Part shown: positions 10,654-21,206 of the stretch, piece after piece
Numbering within the stretch: position 1 is the stretch's first letter
How the letters are laid out: each line of letters begins with the position of its first letter
From: Vitreoscilla massiliensis
GTDB lineage: Bacteria; Pseudomonadota; Gammaproteobacteria; Burkholderiales; Neisseriaceae
Length of the DNA stretch: 64,000 nucleotides
Direction of reading: 5' to 3'
NCBI RefSeq assembly: GCF_001457815.1
Contig: NZ_LN898221.1
Location: forward strand, 778,033-842,032
Notes under the pieces: generated by a model
Databases searched by the model: none
What the model was told of the DNA's origin: nothing
Seen by the model: the letters and a program-made list of their open reading frames with translations, nothing else
Position numbers and translations under genes: made by a program

Positions 10654-11394
10654 ATGTCAAAAAAAATCGCATTGGTAACCGGTGGTTTGGGTGGTATCGG
10701 GCAGGAAATTTGTGCCCAATTGGGGAAAGCAGGCTATGTGGTGGTGAGTACGTTTATGCGTGCTGGTCGCGATGAAGCTTGGACCAAGCACATGAAAGAT
10801 TTGGGCATAGAAGCCAAAGCCTATCAGTGTGATGTCTCGAATTTTGAAGATGCACAAGCCTTGGTGGCCAACATCAAAAAAGATTTCGGCACCCATGTCA
10901 GCGTGTTGGTGAACAATGCCGGCATCACCAAAGACGGCACTTTGAAAAAAATGACGGTTGAACAATGGCAAGACGTGATCAACACCAATTTGAATTCGGT
11001 GTTCAACATGTCCAAAGCAGTGGTAGACGATATGGTGGCGGCGGGACACGGTCGCGTCATCAACATCTCGTCGATTAACGGTCAAAAAGGCCAATTCGGT
11101 CAAACCAATTACTCGGCTGCCAAAGCCGGTATGCACGGTTTCACCATGGCGTTGGCACAAGAAGTGGCCAAAAAAGGCGTGACGGTGAACACCATTTCTC
11201 CAGGTTACATCGCCACCGAAATGGTGATGGCCGTGCCTGAAGACATCCGCAACCAAATCATTGCGCAAATTCCGGTCAATCGCTTGGGCAAACCGGAAGA
11301 AATCGGCGGTTTGGTCACGTATTTGGCCAGCGATGGCGCGGGTTTCATCACCGGTTCTAACATTGCCATCAATGGCGGCCAACACATGAAGTAA
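10654..11394 (+). CDS. phbB: Acetoacetyl-CoA reductase (SDR, PhaB-type)
   Basis: Near-colinear similarity to Ralstonia PhaB (TGGLGGIG, NAG, YSAAKAG, NTISPGYIAT). No phaA or phaC adjacent. Confidence 0.85.
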   Translation: MSKKIALVTGGLGGIGQEICAQLGKAGYVVVSTFMRAGRDEAWTKHMKDLGIEAKAYQCDVSNFEDAQALVANIKKDFGTHVSVLVNNAGITKDGTLKKMTVEQWQDVINTNLNSVFNMSKAVVDDMVAAGHGRVINISSINGQKGQFGQTNYSAAKAGMHGFTMALAQEVAKKGVTVNTISPGYIATEMVMAVPEDIRNQIIAQIPVNRLGKPEEIGGLVTYLASDGAGFITGSNIAINGGQHMK

Positions 11395-11440
11395 GCGGCC
11401 TGTAAACATCGAAAAGCGGCTTACAGGCCGCTTTTTTGCA
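11393..11440. terminator. Inverted uptake-motif pair followed by a T-run (AAGCGGCCTGTAAACATCGAAAAGCGGCTTACAGGCCGCTTTTTT)
   Basis: Hairpin plus U-tract directly after the phbB stop. Confidence 0.7.
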
Positions 11441-11528
11441 TCTTGTTGATGGCAAGCAAGCATCTGCGTTGGGTTTCTGGCCGCAAGCCGCTATAATGCT
11501 GGCTTTATTTCCCAGTGTGGCCTTACGC

Positions 11529-12470
11529 ATGTCCCATCCTCGCGCCTTCGCTTTATTAGGCCCTACAGCCTCGGGTAAAACCCGTTTGGCTTTGAATTTG
11601 GCCACGGTCTTGCCAATCGAAATCATCTCTTTGGATTCGGCCTTGGTCTACCGCGACATGGACATCGGCACGGCCAAACCCACGGTGGCCGAGCTCGCCA
11701 GCGTGCCCCACCATTTGATCGACATCATCAGCCCGATGGACGCGTATTCTGCCGCCGATTTTGTCAGCGACACGCTGCGTTTGGTGAACGACATCCATGC
11801 GCGCGGGCGTTTGCCCATCATTGTGGGTGGCACCATGATGTATTACCAAGCCTTAAACCAAGGCTTGAACGCCTTGCCCAGCGCCGATGCCAGCGTGCGT
11901 GCACAATTGGCCGCTGACAAAGCCAGCATCGGTTTAAGCGGCCTGTACCAACGCTTGCAAGAGATAGACCCCATTACCGCCGCCCGCCTCAGCGCCAACG
12001 ACAGCCAACGCATCGAACGCGCCTTGGAAATCCATGCCTTAACCGGTCAGGCGATGAGCACCTTATTGCAACAGCAAAACCAAGCCAACCCCATCGCCTT
12101 GGAAACCGTGACCCTCATCCCGCAACAGCGCGCACAATTGCACCACACCATCGCCGAGCGCTACGACCAGATGTTACAGGCCGGTTTTGTCGCTGAGGTC
12201 GAACACTTGCAGCAAACCTATCCCGATTTACACGCCGATTTGCCGTCCATGCGCTGCGTCGGTTACCGCCAAGTGTGGGACTATTTGGCTGGCTTGACCG
12301 ATGCCGATGAAATGCGCGAATTGGGCATCATCGCCACGCGCCAATTGGCCAAGCGCCAATTGACTTGGCTGCGCAAAATCGCCGCCGCACACACGTTTGA
12401 CCCTTATGCCAGCGCCGATTTATTGCCGCAAGTGCTGCCTTTAATCCACCAACATTTTGAGTCTTGCTGA
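11529..12470 (+). CDS. miaA: tRNA dimethylallyltransferase
   Basis: GPTASGKT P-loop, [16 protein letters not shown]. Its stop overlaps the next start (ATGA). Confidence 0.9.
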   Translation: MSHPRAFALLGPTASGKTRLALNLATVLPIEIISLDSALVYRDMDIGTAKPTVAELASVPHHLIDIISPMDAYSAADFVSDTLRLVNDIHARGRLPIIVGGTMMYYQALNQGLNALPSADASVRAQLAADKASIGLSGLYQRLQEIDPITAARLSANDSQRIERALEIHALTGQAMSTLLQQQNQANPIALETVTLIPQQRAQLHHTIAERYDQMLQAGFVAEVEHLQQTYPDLHADLPSMRCVGYRQVWDYLAGLTDADEMRELGIIATRQLAKRQLTWLRKIAAAHTFDPYASADLLPQVLPLIHQHFESC

Positions 12471-12985
12471 TGAGTACCGCCACCGAGCCTGCCTTGTTAA
12501 AACGTTTTTGTGCCTTGGTGTACGAAGGGCTGATTTTCTTGGCCGTCACCATCGTCGCCATCATTGTCGCCCTGCCACTTTCTTATGCCTTAAAATCCAT
12601 GCCAGCGCTGCAACAACTGTGCCTGAGCCTGTGGTTTGTGGCGGCATGGTGGCTGTATGCCAAGCTCAATTGGAAAAAAGGCCAAACGCTGGCGATGAAG
12701 GTGTGGCACATGCAATTGGCGAACGAGCACGGCCACACACCGCCGTTGCCACAATTGCGCATGCGTTTTCTGTGGGCGGTGTTGTTTTTGGTATTGGTGC
12801 CAGCGCTGTCGTATTTGGTCTTAAGCCATGTGTCGCCATTGCCGCCCAAACCGCGTTTTTACCTCAGTTTGGTATGGTGGTTGCTTCCTTGGGGCTTTGC
12901 ATGCTTTCATCCATCCAAGCAATTCTTGTATGATGTGTTGGCAGGCACACGCATTACCCTCAAACCCGCTCAAAGCAAGACTTAA
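12470..12985 (+). CDS. RDD-family membrane protein
   Basis: Small polytopic membrane protein translationally coupled to miaA. Confidence 0.55.
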   Translation: MSTATEPALLKRFCALVYEGLIFLAVTIVAIIVALPLSYALKSMPALQQLCLSLWFVAAWWLYAKLNWKKGQTLAMKVWHMQLANEHGHTPPLPQLRMRFLWAVLFLVLVPALSYLVLSHVSPLPPKPRFYLSLVWWLLPWGFACFHPSKQFLYDVLAGTRITLKPAQSKT

Positions 12986-13054
12986 AACAAGGCGGATGCA
13001 CAATAACGGCGACTTAGGTACAATTTCGCCCACACATCAAAGAAGGACACCATC

Positions 13055-13918
13055 ATGCGTTGGCAAGGACGTAAGCAAAGCGACAATATCGAAGACCGAC
13101 GTGGCTCAGGCAGTGGCGGCGGTGGATTCCCCGGCGGCCGTGGTGGCATGGGCTTGGGTGGTTTAATCATCGTCCTCATCGGCTATTTTGTCTTTGGTGT
13201 GGACTTGTCTGGCTCGGTCGGCGGCAATAGCGCTCCGGCGGAACAAATGGCCACGCAATCGTCTGGCCAAGTCAAACAAACGGGTGAAGAGGCGCAATTG
13301 CGCGAACTCAGCGGCGTGGTCTTGGCCTCTACCGAAGAATCTTGGGCTTCCTATTTCCAAAAACACGGCGCGACTTACCGCGAGCCGAAAATGGTGTTGT
13401 ACCGCGGCGCGACTTCGACTGCATGTGGCACTGGCCAATCGGCAATGGGACCGTTTTACTGCCCTGCCGACGAAAAAGTGTATTTGGACTTGTCTTTTTA
13501 TGACGACATGAAAAACCAATTGGGCGCCGAAGGCGATTTTGCCTTTGCCTATGTCATCGCCCACGAAGTTGGTCACCACGTACAAAACCTGCTTGGCATC
13601 AATCAAAAAGTCACCCAAGCACAGCGCAGCAGCAGCAAAAAACAAGCGAATCAATTGTCGGTGGCCTTGGAATTACAGGCCGATTGTTTCGCTGGCGTGT
13701 GGGGTCAATACGTACAAAAACAAGGCTTGTTGGAAATGGGCGACGTCGAGAAAGCGATGAATGCCGCGGCTGCTGTCGGCGACGACCGCTTGCAACAGCA
13801 AGCGACCGGCCGCATCGTGCCCGACAGTTTCACCCACGGCTCTTCCCAACAACGCATGCAGTGGTTCAATCGCGGCTTCCAATCTGGCGATCCTGAACAA
13901 TGCAATACATTTGGTTAA
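13055..13918 (+). CDS. Putative neutral zinc metallopeptidase (YpfJ-like)
   Basis: Gly-rich N-terminal region, one transmembrane helix, HEVGHHVQ zinc-binding motif. Confidence 0.7.
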   Translation: MRWQGRKQSDNIEDRRGSGSGGGGFPGGRGGMGLGGLIIVLIGYFVFGVDLSGSVGGNSAPAEQMATQSSGQVKQTGEEAQLRELSGVVLASTEESWASYFQKHGATYREPKMVLYRGATSTACGTGQSAMGPFYCPADEKVYLDLSFYDDMKNQLGAEGDFAFAYVIAHEVGHHVQNLLGINQKVTQAQRSSSKKQANQLSVALELQADCFAGVWGQYVQKQGLLEMGDVEKAMNAAAAVGDDRLQQQATGRIVPDSFTHGSSQQRMQWFNRGFQSGDPEQCNTFG

Positions 13919-13936
13919 GCGGCCTGAAAGCACAAT

Positions 13937-14452
13937 ATGAAAATCACACACACTTATCCCCTCGCCCTCGCCGCCTGTTTGGCCTTAAGCGCTTGTAATT
14001 CAGGCGTGGGCATTGGTTTTGGCTTGGGCAATGCCGGCGGCGGCGTCAATTTTGGCACCGGCATCAGCTTTCCTTTGGGCGGCTGGAACACGCGCAACGA
14101 CCCCGCCAAAAGTGGCATCAATCTGATTGATGTGCAAGTGGTCAGCTATTTTGGCAGCGCCGCGCAAGGCTTTAAAGCCAGCGACAATCCGATAGACGGC
14201 GGTTTTTACCGCCGCTTATTGAGCAAACAAGGCAAGCTGTGGTTGGTACAAGACTTTTACAACGACTCCGATCGCAAATACAATGAACCGATGTTGCTCA
14301 GCGTCGACGAGGCTTACCGCTTTGACGCACTGCCTGCGAGCGGCACGTTTTACACCTACCATGAAAATGGCCAAATCGCCAGCAAACGCACTTATGAAAA
14401 CGCGCGCTTGCTGCACAGCGAGCGTTGGGACAATAGCGGCCGTGCCTTATAA
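13937..14452 (+). CDS. Lipoprotein with MORN-variant-like repeats
   Basis: Lipobox LSAC. C-terminal YxYxxNGQ repeats. Confidence 0.5.
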   Translation: MKITHTYPLALAACLALSACNSGVGIGFGLGNAGGGVNFGTGISFPLGGWNTRNDPAKSGINLIDVQVVSYFGSAAQGFKASDNPIDGGFYRRLLSKQGKLWLVQDFYNDSDRKYNEPMLLSVDEAYRFDALPASGTFYTYHENGQIASKRTYENARLLHSERWDNSGRAL

Positions 14453-14522
14453 GCCGCATCTGTCCGCATAACGCCTTACAGGCCGCTTTTTCAACACCCT
14501 CTATCAGAAAAGAACCCGCATC

Positions 14523-15617
14523 ATGCCCGGCAATACTTTTGGTCAAATCTTCACCGTTACCACTTTTGGCGAAAGCCACGGCAAAGCCATAGGCTGCATC
14601 GTCGATGGTTGCCCACCTAACATTGCATTGTCAGAAGCCGACATCCAACCCGATTTGGACCGACGCAAGCCCGGCACCAGTCGCCACGTCACCCAACGCC
14701 GCGAAGCCGATGAAGTGGAAATTTTATCGGGCGTGTTTGAAGGCAAAACCACAGGCACGCCGATTGCCTTGGTCATCCGCAATACTGACCAACGCAGCAA
14801 AGACTATGGCAATATTGCTGAATCCTTCCGCCCAGGCCACGCCGATTACACCTATTGGCACAAATATGGCATCCGCGATTACCGTGGTGGTGGTCGCAGC
14901 TCAGCGCGTGAAACTGCCGCACGTGTGGCCGCTGGTGCGATTGCCAAAAAATGGTTGCGTGCACAATTTGGCACCGAAATCGTCGGCTATGTCACCCAAG
15001 TCGGTGAAAAACACATTGCGTTTGAAGGCGAACAATACATAGCTGAAAACCCATTCTTCGCCGCCAATCAAAGCCAAATCGGCGACTTGGAAGCGTATAT
15101 GGACAGCATCCGCAAGTCTTTGGACTCGGTCGGCGCCAAGCTCACCATCGTCGCCCGCAACATTCCTGTCGGCTTGGGCGAGCCGGTGTTCGACCGCTTG
15201 GACGCCGACATCGCCCATGCAATGATGGGCATTAACGCCGTCAAAGGCGTGGAAATCGGCGACGGCTTCGATGTGGTGGCACAACGCGGCAGCTACCACG
15301 GCGACGAACTCACGCCGACCGGCTTTAAAACCAACCACGCTGGCGGCATCTTGGGCGGCATCTCTACCGGCCAAGACATCAGCGTTAACATCGCCATCAA
15401 ACCAACCAGCTCAATCGCCACCGAACGCGAATCGATTAACATCCACGGCGAAACGATGACGCTCGCCACCCACGGCCGCCACGACCCTTGCGTGGGCCTG
15501 CGCGCCGCCCCCATCGCTGAAGCGATGCTGGCCTTGGTCTTAATCGACCACGCCTTGCGCCACCGCGCCCAAAACGCTGACGTCAAGGTATCGACGCCGG
15601 ACATTGAGCATTTGTAA
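14523..15617 (+). CDS. aroC: Chorismate synthase
   Basis: Full-length canonical AroC motifs ([21 protein letters not shown]). Confidence 0.95.
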   Translation: MPGNTFGQIFTVTTFGESHGKAIGCIVDGCPPNIALSEADIQPDLDRRKPGTSRHVTQRREADEVEILSGVFEGKTTGTPIALVIRNTDQRSKDYGNIAESFRPGHADYTYWHKYGIRDYRGGGRSSARETAARVAAGAIAKKWLRAQFGTEIVGYVTQVGEKHIAFEGEQYIAENPFFAANQSQIGDLEAYMDSIRKSLDSVGAKLTIVARNIPVGLGEPVFDRLDADIAHAMMGINAVKGVEIGDGFDVVAQRGSYHGDELTPTGFKTNHAGGILGGISTGQDISVNIAIKPTSSIATERESINIHGETMTLATHGRHDPCVGLRAAPIAEAMLALVLIDHALRHRAQNADVKVSTPDIEHL

Positions 15618-15633
15618 GTTGTTATAACCATAA

Positions 15634-15672
15634 AAGCGGCCTGTAAACCCCATCTCAGGTTTACAGGCCGCT
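15634..15672. terminator. Inverted uptake-motif pair. Bidirectional terminator between aroC (+) and the hydrolase gene (-)
   Basis: AAGCGGCCTGTAAACCCCATCTCAGGTTTACAGGCCGCTT. Confidence 0.65.
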
Positions 15673-15692
15673 TATGCATTCAATAACGAAGA

Positions 15693-16565
15693 TTAAGCGC
15701 GTACTGCTGTCAATTGTTGCATCACTTCGCGGATGTGCAGTGCGGCTTGTTGCCAGTCTTGCTCCAACATCACACCGTGGCCCATGGCGTCTATCCAGTG
15801 TACTGGCACTTGGTAACTCATGGCGGTTAATTCGGTGATGTTTGGCGGCACGAGGCGGTCTTGTTTGGTTCCCATCACCGCCACTGGGCATTTGCGCCAC
15901 CACGGCGTCAGAATCGAACCTTGTGCCAACTCTGTCCACAAAATCGGTGATTCGGGCACAGCTTGGGCGGCGTATTGCGCCAATAAAACCGGATTAATCG
16001 GTTGTTCAAACAAGCCTTCGCGCAATTGTTCGGCGCTGACGCGGTTGCCTTGTTGAATGAGTTCGGCCATGTGCATCATGTCCATAGGGCGCAAAAACCA
16101 ATTGCTCCACGCCAATGGCGTTAAGCCTTGCGGCGGGATGGAACACAATAATAAAGCGGCCTGTAATTGGCGCGACACCATCAGCCGTTGCAACACCATG
16201 CCACCCATGGAATGGCCGATGACGATGGGCATTTTGCCGGTTTGGCGGTAGATGTAATCGACGGCGATTTCGGCATCGCTGACAAAATCGTTCAAACCAA
16301 ACCAACCATTGGCTTGGCTGTTGCCATGGCCACGGAAACTCAAGGCCCATGCGTCCCAACCGTGGTGGGCAAAGTCGGGCAAGAAATGTTGCCAACACCA
16401 CGCACCAACAAAAATACCGTGTAAAAACAACACCGGCGTACTGTCGTTGTCGTGCACAGACACATGGCGCAACAATTCCAGCGGGTAAGCGCAATTGTCA
16501 GGCTGTATGTGTTGTATGGTTTCCGTTGCCACCAGAAACTGTTGGTTTAAGTCTTGCCACTTCAT
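15693..16565 (-). CDS. Alpha/beta-fold hydrolase
   Basis: HG oxyanion motif and GHSMGG nucleophile elbow. Confidence 0.7.
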   Translation of the reverse strand: MKWQDLNQQFLVATETIQHIQPDNCAYPLELLRHVSVHDNDSTPVLFLHGIFVGAWCWQHFLPDFAHHGWDAWALSFRGHGNSQANGWFGLNDFVSDAEIAVDYIYRQTGKMPIVIGHSMGGMVLQRLMVSRQLQAALLLCSIPPQGLTPLAWSNWFLRPMDMMHMAELIQQGNRVSAEQLREGLFEQPINPVLLAQYAAQAVPESPILWTELAQGSILTPWWRKCPVAVMGTKQDRLVPPNITELTAMSYQVPVHWIDAMGHGVMLEQDWQQAALHIREVMQQLTAVRA

Positions 16566-16568
16566 TGC

Positions 16569-18035
16569 TTATTTGTCCAATCCGTCTTGCACCATGTGCG
16601 CGGCTTTCACCACCGCCATGGATTTATTGCAGGTTTCCAACCACTCCATTTCTGGAACCGAATCAGCCACCACACCACCACCCGCTTGGATGTACAAGGT
16701 TTCATTGCGGATGACGGCGGTGCGTATGGCGATGGCCAAGTCCATGTCCCCACTGAAACTCAAATACCCTGCTGCACCACCGTAAACGCCGCGTTTGGAA
16801 GGTTCCAATTCTTCGATGATTTCCATCGCACGGATTTTCGGGGCGCCGGATAAGGTGCCGGCTGGGAAAGTGGCTTTGATGACGTCCATATTGCTGGTAT
16901 TGGGTTTTAACAAACCTTCTACATTCGATACCATGTGCATCACGTGTGAGTATTTTTCGATGATCATTTTGTCGCTGACGCGCACCGTGCCGGTTTGGCT
17001 GATGCGACCGACATCGTTGCGGCCCAAATCGATTAACATCACGTGTTCTGCCACTTCTTTGGCATCTTGTTGCAAGTCCAGTGCCAACTCCGCATCCTCG
17101 GCCGCATTGGCGCCACGTTTGCGTGTGCCGGCAATCGGGCGCACGGTCACGGTATCGCCTTCTCGGCGCACCAAAATCTCAGGCGACGAGCCGACAATGT
17201 AGAAATCGTCCATGTGGTAATAGAACAAATACGGTGATGGGTTCAAGGTGCGCAAGGCGCGGTACATATTGATGGGTTGCTCGGTAAACGGCATGGCCAT
17301 GCGGCGTGAAGGCACCACTTGCATGCAATCGCCAGCCAAAATGTAGTCGCGCACTTTTTCCACCATCACTTCGTAATCAGCTTGGCTGATTTCGCTCACT
17401 GGCTCACTGCGCGCGCCGCCCAAAGACAAAGGCAAGGCTGGGCTTTGGCGCAATTGCGTGCGCAAGTCTTCCAAGCGGCCACGGGCTTTATTGTAGGCAT
17501 TCGCTTCTTCAGGATTCGCGTAGACGATTAAATGGATTTTGCCGGTTAAATTGTCGATAACGGCCAATTCTTGCGACAGCATCAACATGATGTCGGGCAC
17601 GCCCACAGGATCGGCTTCGGCGTATTTGCCCAAGCGGCTTTCGACATAGCGGTTGATTTCATAACCAAAATAACCGGCCAAACCGCCAGTAAAACGCGGC
17701 AAATTCGGGATTTCAGGCGTGTTAAACCGATCCATATAGCTTTGTACAAAATCGAGCGGATTGCCGTCATGGCTTTCGGTCAATTGGTGTTGCACATACA
17801 CTTCGGTATGGTAAGCCCGCACCTTTAAATAGGTGTGACAAGGCAAACCGATGAAAGAATAGCGACCAAAACGCTCGCCGCCTTCAACCGATTCGAGCAA
17901 ATAACTGAACGGCTTGTTGGCCAATTTCATGTACAAAGACAGCGGCGTGTCCAAATCGGCGAGTAATTCTTGTACCAACGGAATGCGGTTATAACCTTGG
18001 GCGACCAAATCTTGGTATTGTTGGGATGTCAGCAT
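16569..18035 (-). CDS. trpE: Anthranilate synthase component I
   Basis: 488 aa. Chorismate-binding domain motifs (LLESxx[10 protein letters not shown]). Confidence 0.9.
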   Translation of the reverse strand: MLTSQQYQDLVAQGYNRIPLVQELLADLDTPLSLYMKLANKPFSYLLESVEGGERFGRYSFIGLPCHTYLKVRAYHTEVYVQHQLTESHDGNPLDFVQSYMDRFNTPEIPNLPRFTGGLAGYFGYEINRYVESRLGKYAEADPVGVPDIMLMLSQELAVIDNLTGKIHLIVYANPEEANAYNKARGRLEDLRTQLRQSPALPLSLGGARSEPVSEISQADYEVMVEKVRDYILAGDCMQVVPSRRMAMPFTEQPINMYRALRTLNPSPYLFYYHMDDFYIVGSSPEILVRREGDTVTVRPIAGTRKRGANAAEDAELALDLQQDAKEVAEHVMLIDLGRNDVGRISQTGTVRVSDKMIIEKYSHVMHMVSNVEGLLKPNTSNMDVIKATFPAGTLSGAPKIRAMEIIEELEPSKRGVYGGAAGYLSFSGDMDLAIAIRTAVIRNETLYIQAGGGVVADSVPEMEWLETCNKSMAVVKAAHMVQDGLDK

Positions 18036-18053
18036 CGTCTTCTTTCCGGGCGC

Positions 18054-19127
18054 TTACACGCGCTCAAGCAAAACACCCGCCTCAACATGGTGGGTGTGTG
18101 GAAATTGATCAAACACCGCCGCTTTGGTGATGCGGTGGGTTTGCGCTAAGGTGTTTAAATTGTCGGCCAGCGTCAAAGGATTGCACGAGATGTAGATGAT
18201 GCGCTCAAAGCCTTGCAACATTTTCAAGGTGTCGTCGTCTATGCCGGCGCGTGGAGGATCGACAAACACGGTCGAAATATCGTATTCGGCCACATTAATG
18301 CCAGCTTCTTGCAAACGGCGAAATTCGCGCACACCATTCATGGCTTCGGTCAATTCTTCCGCCGACAAGCGCGCGATTTTGATATTGTCACAGCTGTTTT
18401 CGGCAATGCTCCATTCAGCGGCCTGTACCGAAGTTTTGGAGATTTCTGTGGCCAAGACTTGGCGGAAACAACGCGACAAGGGCAAGGTGAAATTGCCATT
18501 GCCACAATACAATTCCAATAAATCGCGGTCGTTGTCACCGGCCGCATCTACCGCCCACGCCAGCATTTTTTCGCATACCCACGCATTCGGTTGGGTAAAG
18601 CCGCCTTCGATTTGGCGATAGCGATAGGTGCGGCCTGCCACATTCAATGCTTCGGTTACATAATCTTGGCTTAACACGATTTTTTGTTTGCGGCTGCGAC
18701 CGATGATGTACACGCCCAATTCGGCTGCTAATGCACGCGCAGCGGCTTCCCACTCAGCATCCAAAGCGCGGTGGTAAACCAAGGTAATCAACATGTCGCC
18801 GCTTAAAGTGGCCAAGAATTCCACTTGAAACCATTTGTGCGTCAACACGGTATTGCCCGCTACTGCCGCCAATAATTTCGGCATGATGGCGGCGATGGAC
18901 TCGTGCACAATCGGCCAACTGTCTATGATTTGAACTTGGCGTTTGCCTTCAGGATTGTCGGTGGTGTAAACCGCATAATAAGGTTTGCCCTCTTGATGCC
19001 AGACCCGAAACTCAGCACGCATGCGATAGGCATCGCTTGGAGATGCAAATTGTTCCACTTCACCTTGATAATGGGGCGCGATTAATTGCTTGAGCTTGTC
19101 GGCATGTTGTTGCAACACGTTGGGCAT
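18054..19127 (-). CDS. trmA: tRNA (uracil54-C5)-methyltransferase
   Basis: Colinear with E. coli TrmA (LELYCGNGNF, FVDPPR, ISCNP). Start set at the MPNVLQQH methionine. Confidence 0.85.
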   Translation of the reverse strand: MPNVLQQHADKLKQLIAPHYQGEVEQFASPSDAYRMRAEFRVWHQEGKPYYAVYTTDNPEGKRQVQIIDSWPIVHESIAAIMPKLLAAVAGNTVLTHKWFQVEFLATLSGDMLITLVYHRALDAEWEAAARALAAELGVYIIGRSRKQKIVLSQDYVTEALNVAGRTYRYRQIEGGFTQPNAWVCEKMLAWAVDAAGDNDRDLLELYCGNGNFTLPLSRCFRQVLATEISKTSVQAAEWSIAENSCDNIKIARLSAEELTEAMNGVREFRRLQEAGINVAEYDISTVFVDPPRAGIDDDTLKMLQGFERIIYISCNPLTLADNLNTLAQTHRITKAAVFDQFPHTHHVEAGVLLERV

Positions 19128-19220
19128 TCCTGAATAAAAGGAGAGATTATAATGCCCGCTTCCAGACTTAACCACACCAAACACACTACCGTCTTGATTA
19201 TTTTGTGCGCTGCCACAGAT

Positions 19221-19262
19221 AAGCGGCCTGTAAACACAGTTAAACCCAGTTTACAGGCCGCT
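19221..19262. terminator. Inverted uptake-motif pair
   Basis: AAGCGGCCTGTAAACACAGTTAAACCCAGTTTACAGGCCGCTT lies between trmA and trxC, which face apart. It may mark the end of or insulate the divergent region. Confidence 0.4.
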
Positions 19263-19360
19263 TGTAAACTGCGTATGCTGGCGCCATGCCTTTTTATTTA
19301 AACCATCTTGAAAACAATCTTGCCCGCCCAAGCCAAGGTTCACACCTTAAAGGAATCACC

Positions 19361-19795
19361 ATGAACGAAACCCTGCACTGTGTTTGCCCCCACTGCCATT
19401 CCACCAACCGCGTGCCCGTACAGAAACTCACCGAGCAACCCGTGTGCGGCCATTGCAAGGAAGCCTTGATCACCGGCAAGCCGGTGGTGTTAGACCAAGA
19501 CAGTTTTGCGCGCCACATCCAGCGCAGCCAATTTCCCGTGGTGGTGGATTTTTGGGCGCCGTGGTGTGGCCCGTGTCAAATGATGGCGCCCGCTTTTGCT
19601 GAGGCCGCTGAGCGTTTAAAATTCAAAGCACAATTGTGCAAATTAGACACCGAAGCCCATCCACAAACCGCCGCACCGTATGGCATACGCAGCATCCCTA
19701 CCATGGCAGTGTTCAAAGAAGGACAAGAAATCGCCCGCGTATCAGGCGCCATGCCTGTGGGCGAAATTGTGCGTTGGGTAGAATCGGTGTTGTAA
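19361..19795 (+). CDS. trxC: Thioredoxin 2 (N-terminal CxxC...CxxC zinc finger plus thioredoxin domain with WCGPC)
   Basis: CPHC...CGHC followed by WAPWCGPCQM. Confidence 0.85.
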   Translation: MNETLHCVCPHCHSTNRVPVQKLTEQPVCGHCKEALITGKPVVLDQDSFARHIQRSQFPVVVDFWAPWCGPCQMMAPAFAEAAERLKFKAQLCKLDTEAHPQTAAPYGIRSIPTMAVFKEGQEIARVSGAMPVGEIVRWVESVL

Positions 19796-19837
19796 GCCTT
19801 TGTGTAGGCGGTTTTGCCGCCATACAGACATGAAAAA

Positions 19838-19870
19838 AGCCACTCATTCGTGGCTTTATTGGCGTTTGTC
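19838..19870 (+). terminator. Conventional rho-independent terminator (AGCCACTCATTCGTGGCT plus TTATT)
   Basis: Hairpin plus T-run after trxC. A terminator that does not use the uptake motif. Confidence 0.5.
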
Positions 19871-19878
19871 TGTTGCAC

Positions 19879-20196
19879 CTAGCTGAGCAACTGTCTGAGA
19901 TTGCGCTCGCGTATATAATTGATGGCATCATTGAACGCCTCAAACATCAGCACACTCGCCTGCTCATCCACATACGGCTTGGGCTCACCTCGGGCTTCAA
20001 ATTCCATGATTTGATAATACACCTTATCTTCGGCTGAAAATTGCTGTTTCACTGGCCAATATTTCTTTCCTTGCACGATGCATACTCCCCACTGGTGTCG
20101 AAGTAGTAAGACCATACTAATACTCCATATGAGTTTATTCAAGCATCCTGAAGTCATCCATACGCAATAAAACCTATTCAGGCACAATATCAACAT
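19879..20196 (-). CDS. Small hypothetical protein (start uncertain)
   Basis: Protein-like C-terminal about 75 aa (KVYYQIMEFEARGEPKPYVDE...). No family recognised. Confidence 0.3.
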   Translation of the reverse strand: MLILCLNRFYCVWMTSGCLNKLIWSISMVLLLRHQWGVCIVQGKKYWPVKQQFSAEDKVYYQIMEFEARGEPKPYVDEQASVLMFEAFNDAINYIRERNLRQLLS

Positions 20197-20507
20197 TTTG
20201 TATCAAAAATAAATCTGTATTTACACAAAATTGGTATTTCATATTTAAAACAGCCAAATAAATCAAAAATTATTGCAACAAAGTTAAATCACTCTTGTTT
20301 GCATTGCAACAAAAAACACTGTCTTGATACCAGCTTGCTGTGAATCATTGCCAATACATCATGACATCACTTTGGCAACACCCACCACATCAGCCACCCA
20401 CTGCTTCAACACCATGCTGGGGGCGATGCTCTCGCTGCAATGACATACCTACATTAGCAAGATGCGGCCTGTAAGCCTGTGTTTCGTGTATGAATAAGGT
20501 ACTTGAT

Positions 20508-20535
20508 TTGACTTAATATTTATTTTGGCTATAAT
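20508..20535 (+). promoter_or_regulatory. Near-consensus sigma70 promoter (TTGACT, 16 nt, TATAAT) with no downstream ORF
   Basis: Read directly in an AT-rich gap of about 0.8 kb. Confidence 0.4.
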
Positions 20536-21041
20536 CAACTTGTCTTTGAAACGAGCCTCGCAACGAAGACTCCTAATCAGTGAAGTTGCCTCCCATATTG
20601 GCCTTGTAAACTTGGGAAGCTTGGTCAGCTATTCAGTGCGACTGGATACATTTTAATAAAGGTTTGGTCATTTATTTTTATTAAAACGCATTCTATATCC
20701 TATAGTGTTACCTACTCAGCCCACCTCTGCCATCAGCGGTGGGCTTTCACATGCCTGCAATTTAAAATTCATTCAAACGATTGCTTACGCAATCCCCATA
20801 ATATGCGGCCTGTAAAGTCATGAGAAACTGCCAAACACACTGGCGCAGGTTTGCACAATCACATCTTAATTGAACTTATTCGGTCATCACGCAGACAAAG
20901 ACAGCGGTACGCAACATACAAGCGGCGCTATTTTGAACTTGTGTCAAAAAAACTCACCTGAATTTAAGAAATATTTGTTTGAAATAATTTGATGACAGAG
21001 TCTGGTAACACCCTGCAACTGCTTGAGAGTTAAAACATCTT

Positions 21042-21128
21042 TGGTGCCCAGGAGAAGACTCGAACTTCCACACCATTGCTGGCACATGGACCTGAACCAT
21101 GCGCGTCTACCAATTCCGCCACCTGGGC
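21042..21128 (-). tRNA. tRNA-Leu (anticodon CAG), class II with a long variable arm, CCA encoded
   Basis: Manual cloverleaf. Acceptor GCCCAGG/CCTGGGC, anticodon stem CATGG/CCATG with loop TTCAGGT, T-arm GGAAG-TTCGAGT-CTTCT. Confidence 0.9.
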
Positions 21129-21206
21129 ATAGATGAAAACGCAAATTTGATGCACAATGCGTTTTATTGCGAAGTCCGCATTATAGTTTTCTTATTGAGA
21201 AAGTCA

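Noticed and set aside
10654-11394. Orphan phaB without phaA or phaC: possible mis-call of FabG
   Set aside because: Identity pattern to Ralstonia PhaB is much closer than to FabG (NADPH-site and C-terminal GGLHM motif). Kept as acetoacetyl-CoA reductase, but the absence of PHB partners in the window is noted.
20200-21040. Searched the AT-rich gap for tmRNA, a second tRNA or a prophage att site
   Set aside because: No tmRNA 5' or 3' signatures (GGGGCTGATTCTGGATTCGAC ... CCACCA tail), no additional cloverleaf, no integrase or direct repeats of the tRNA-Leu 3' end. Only the orphan promoter and hairpin are reported.
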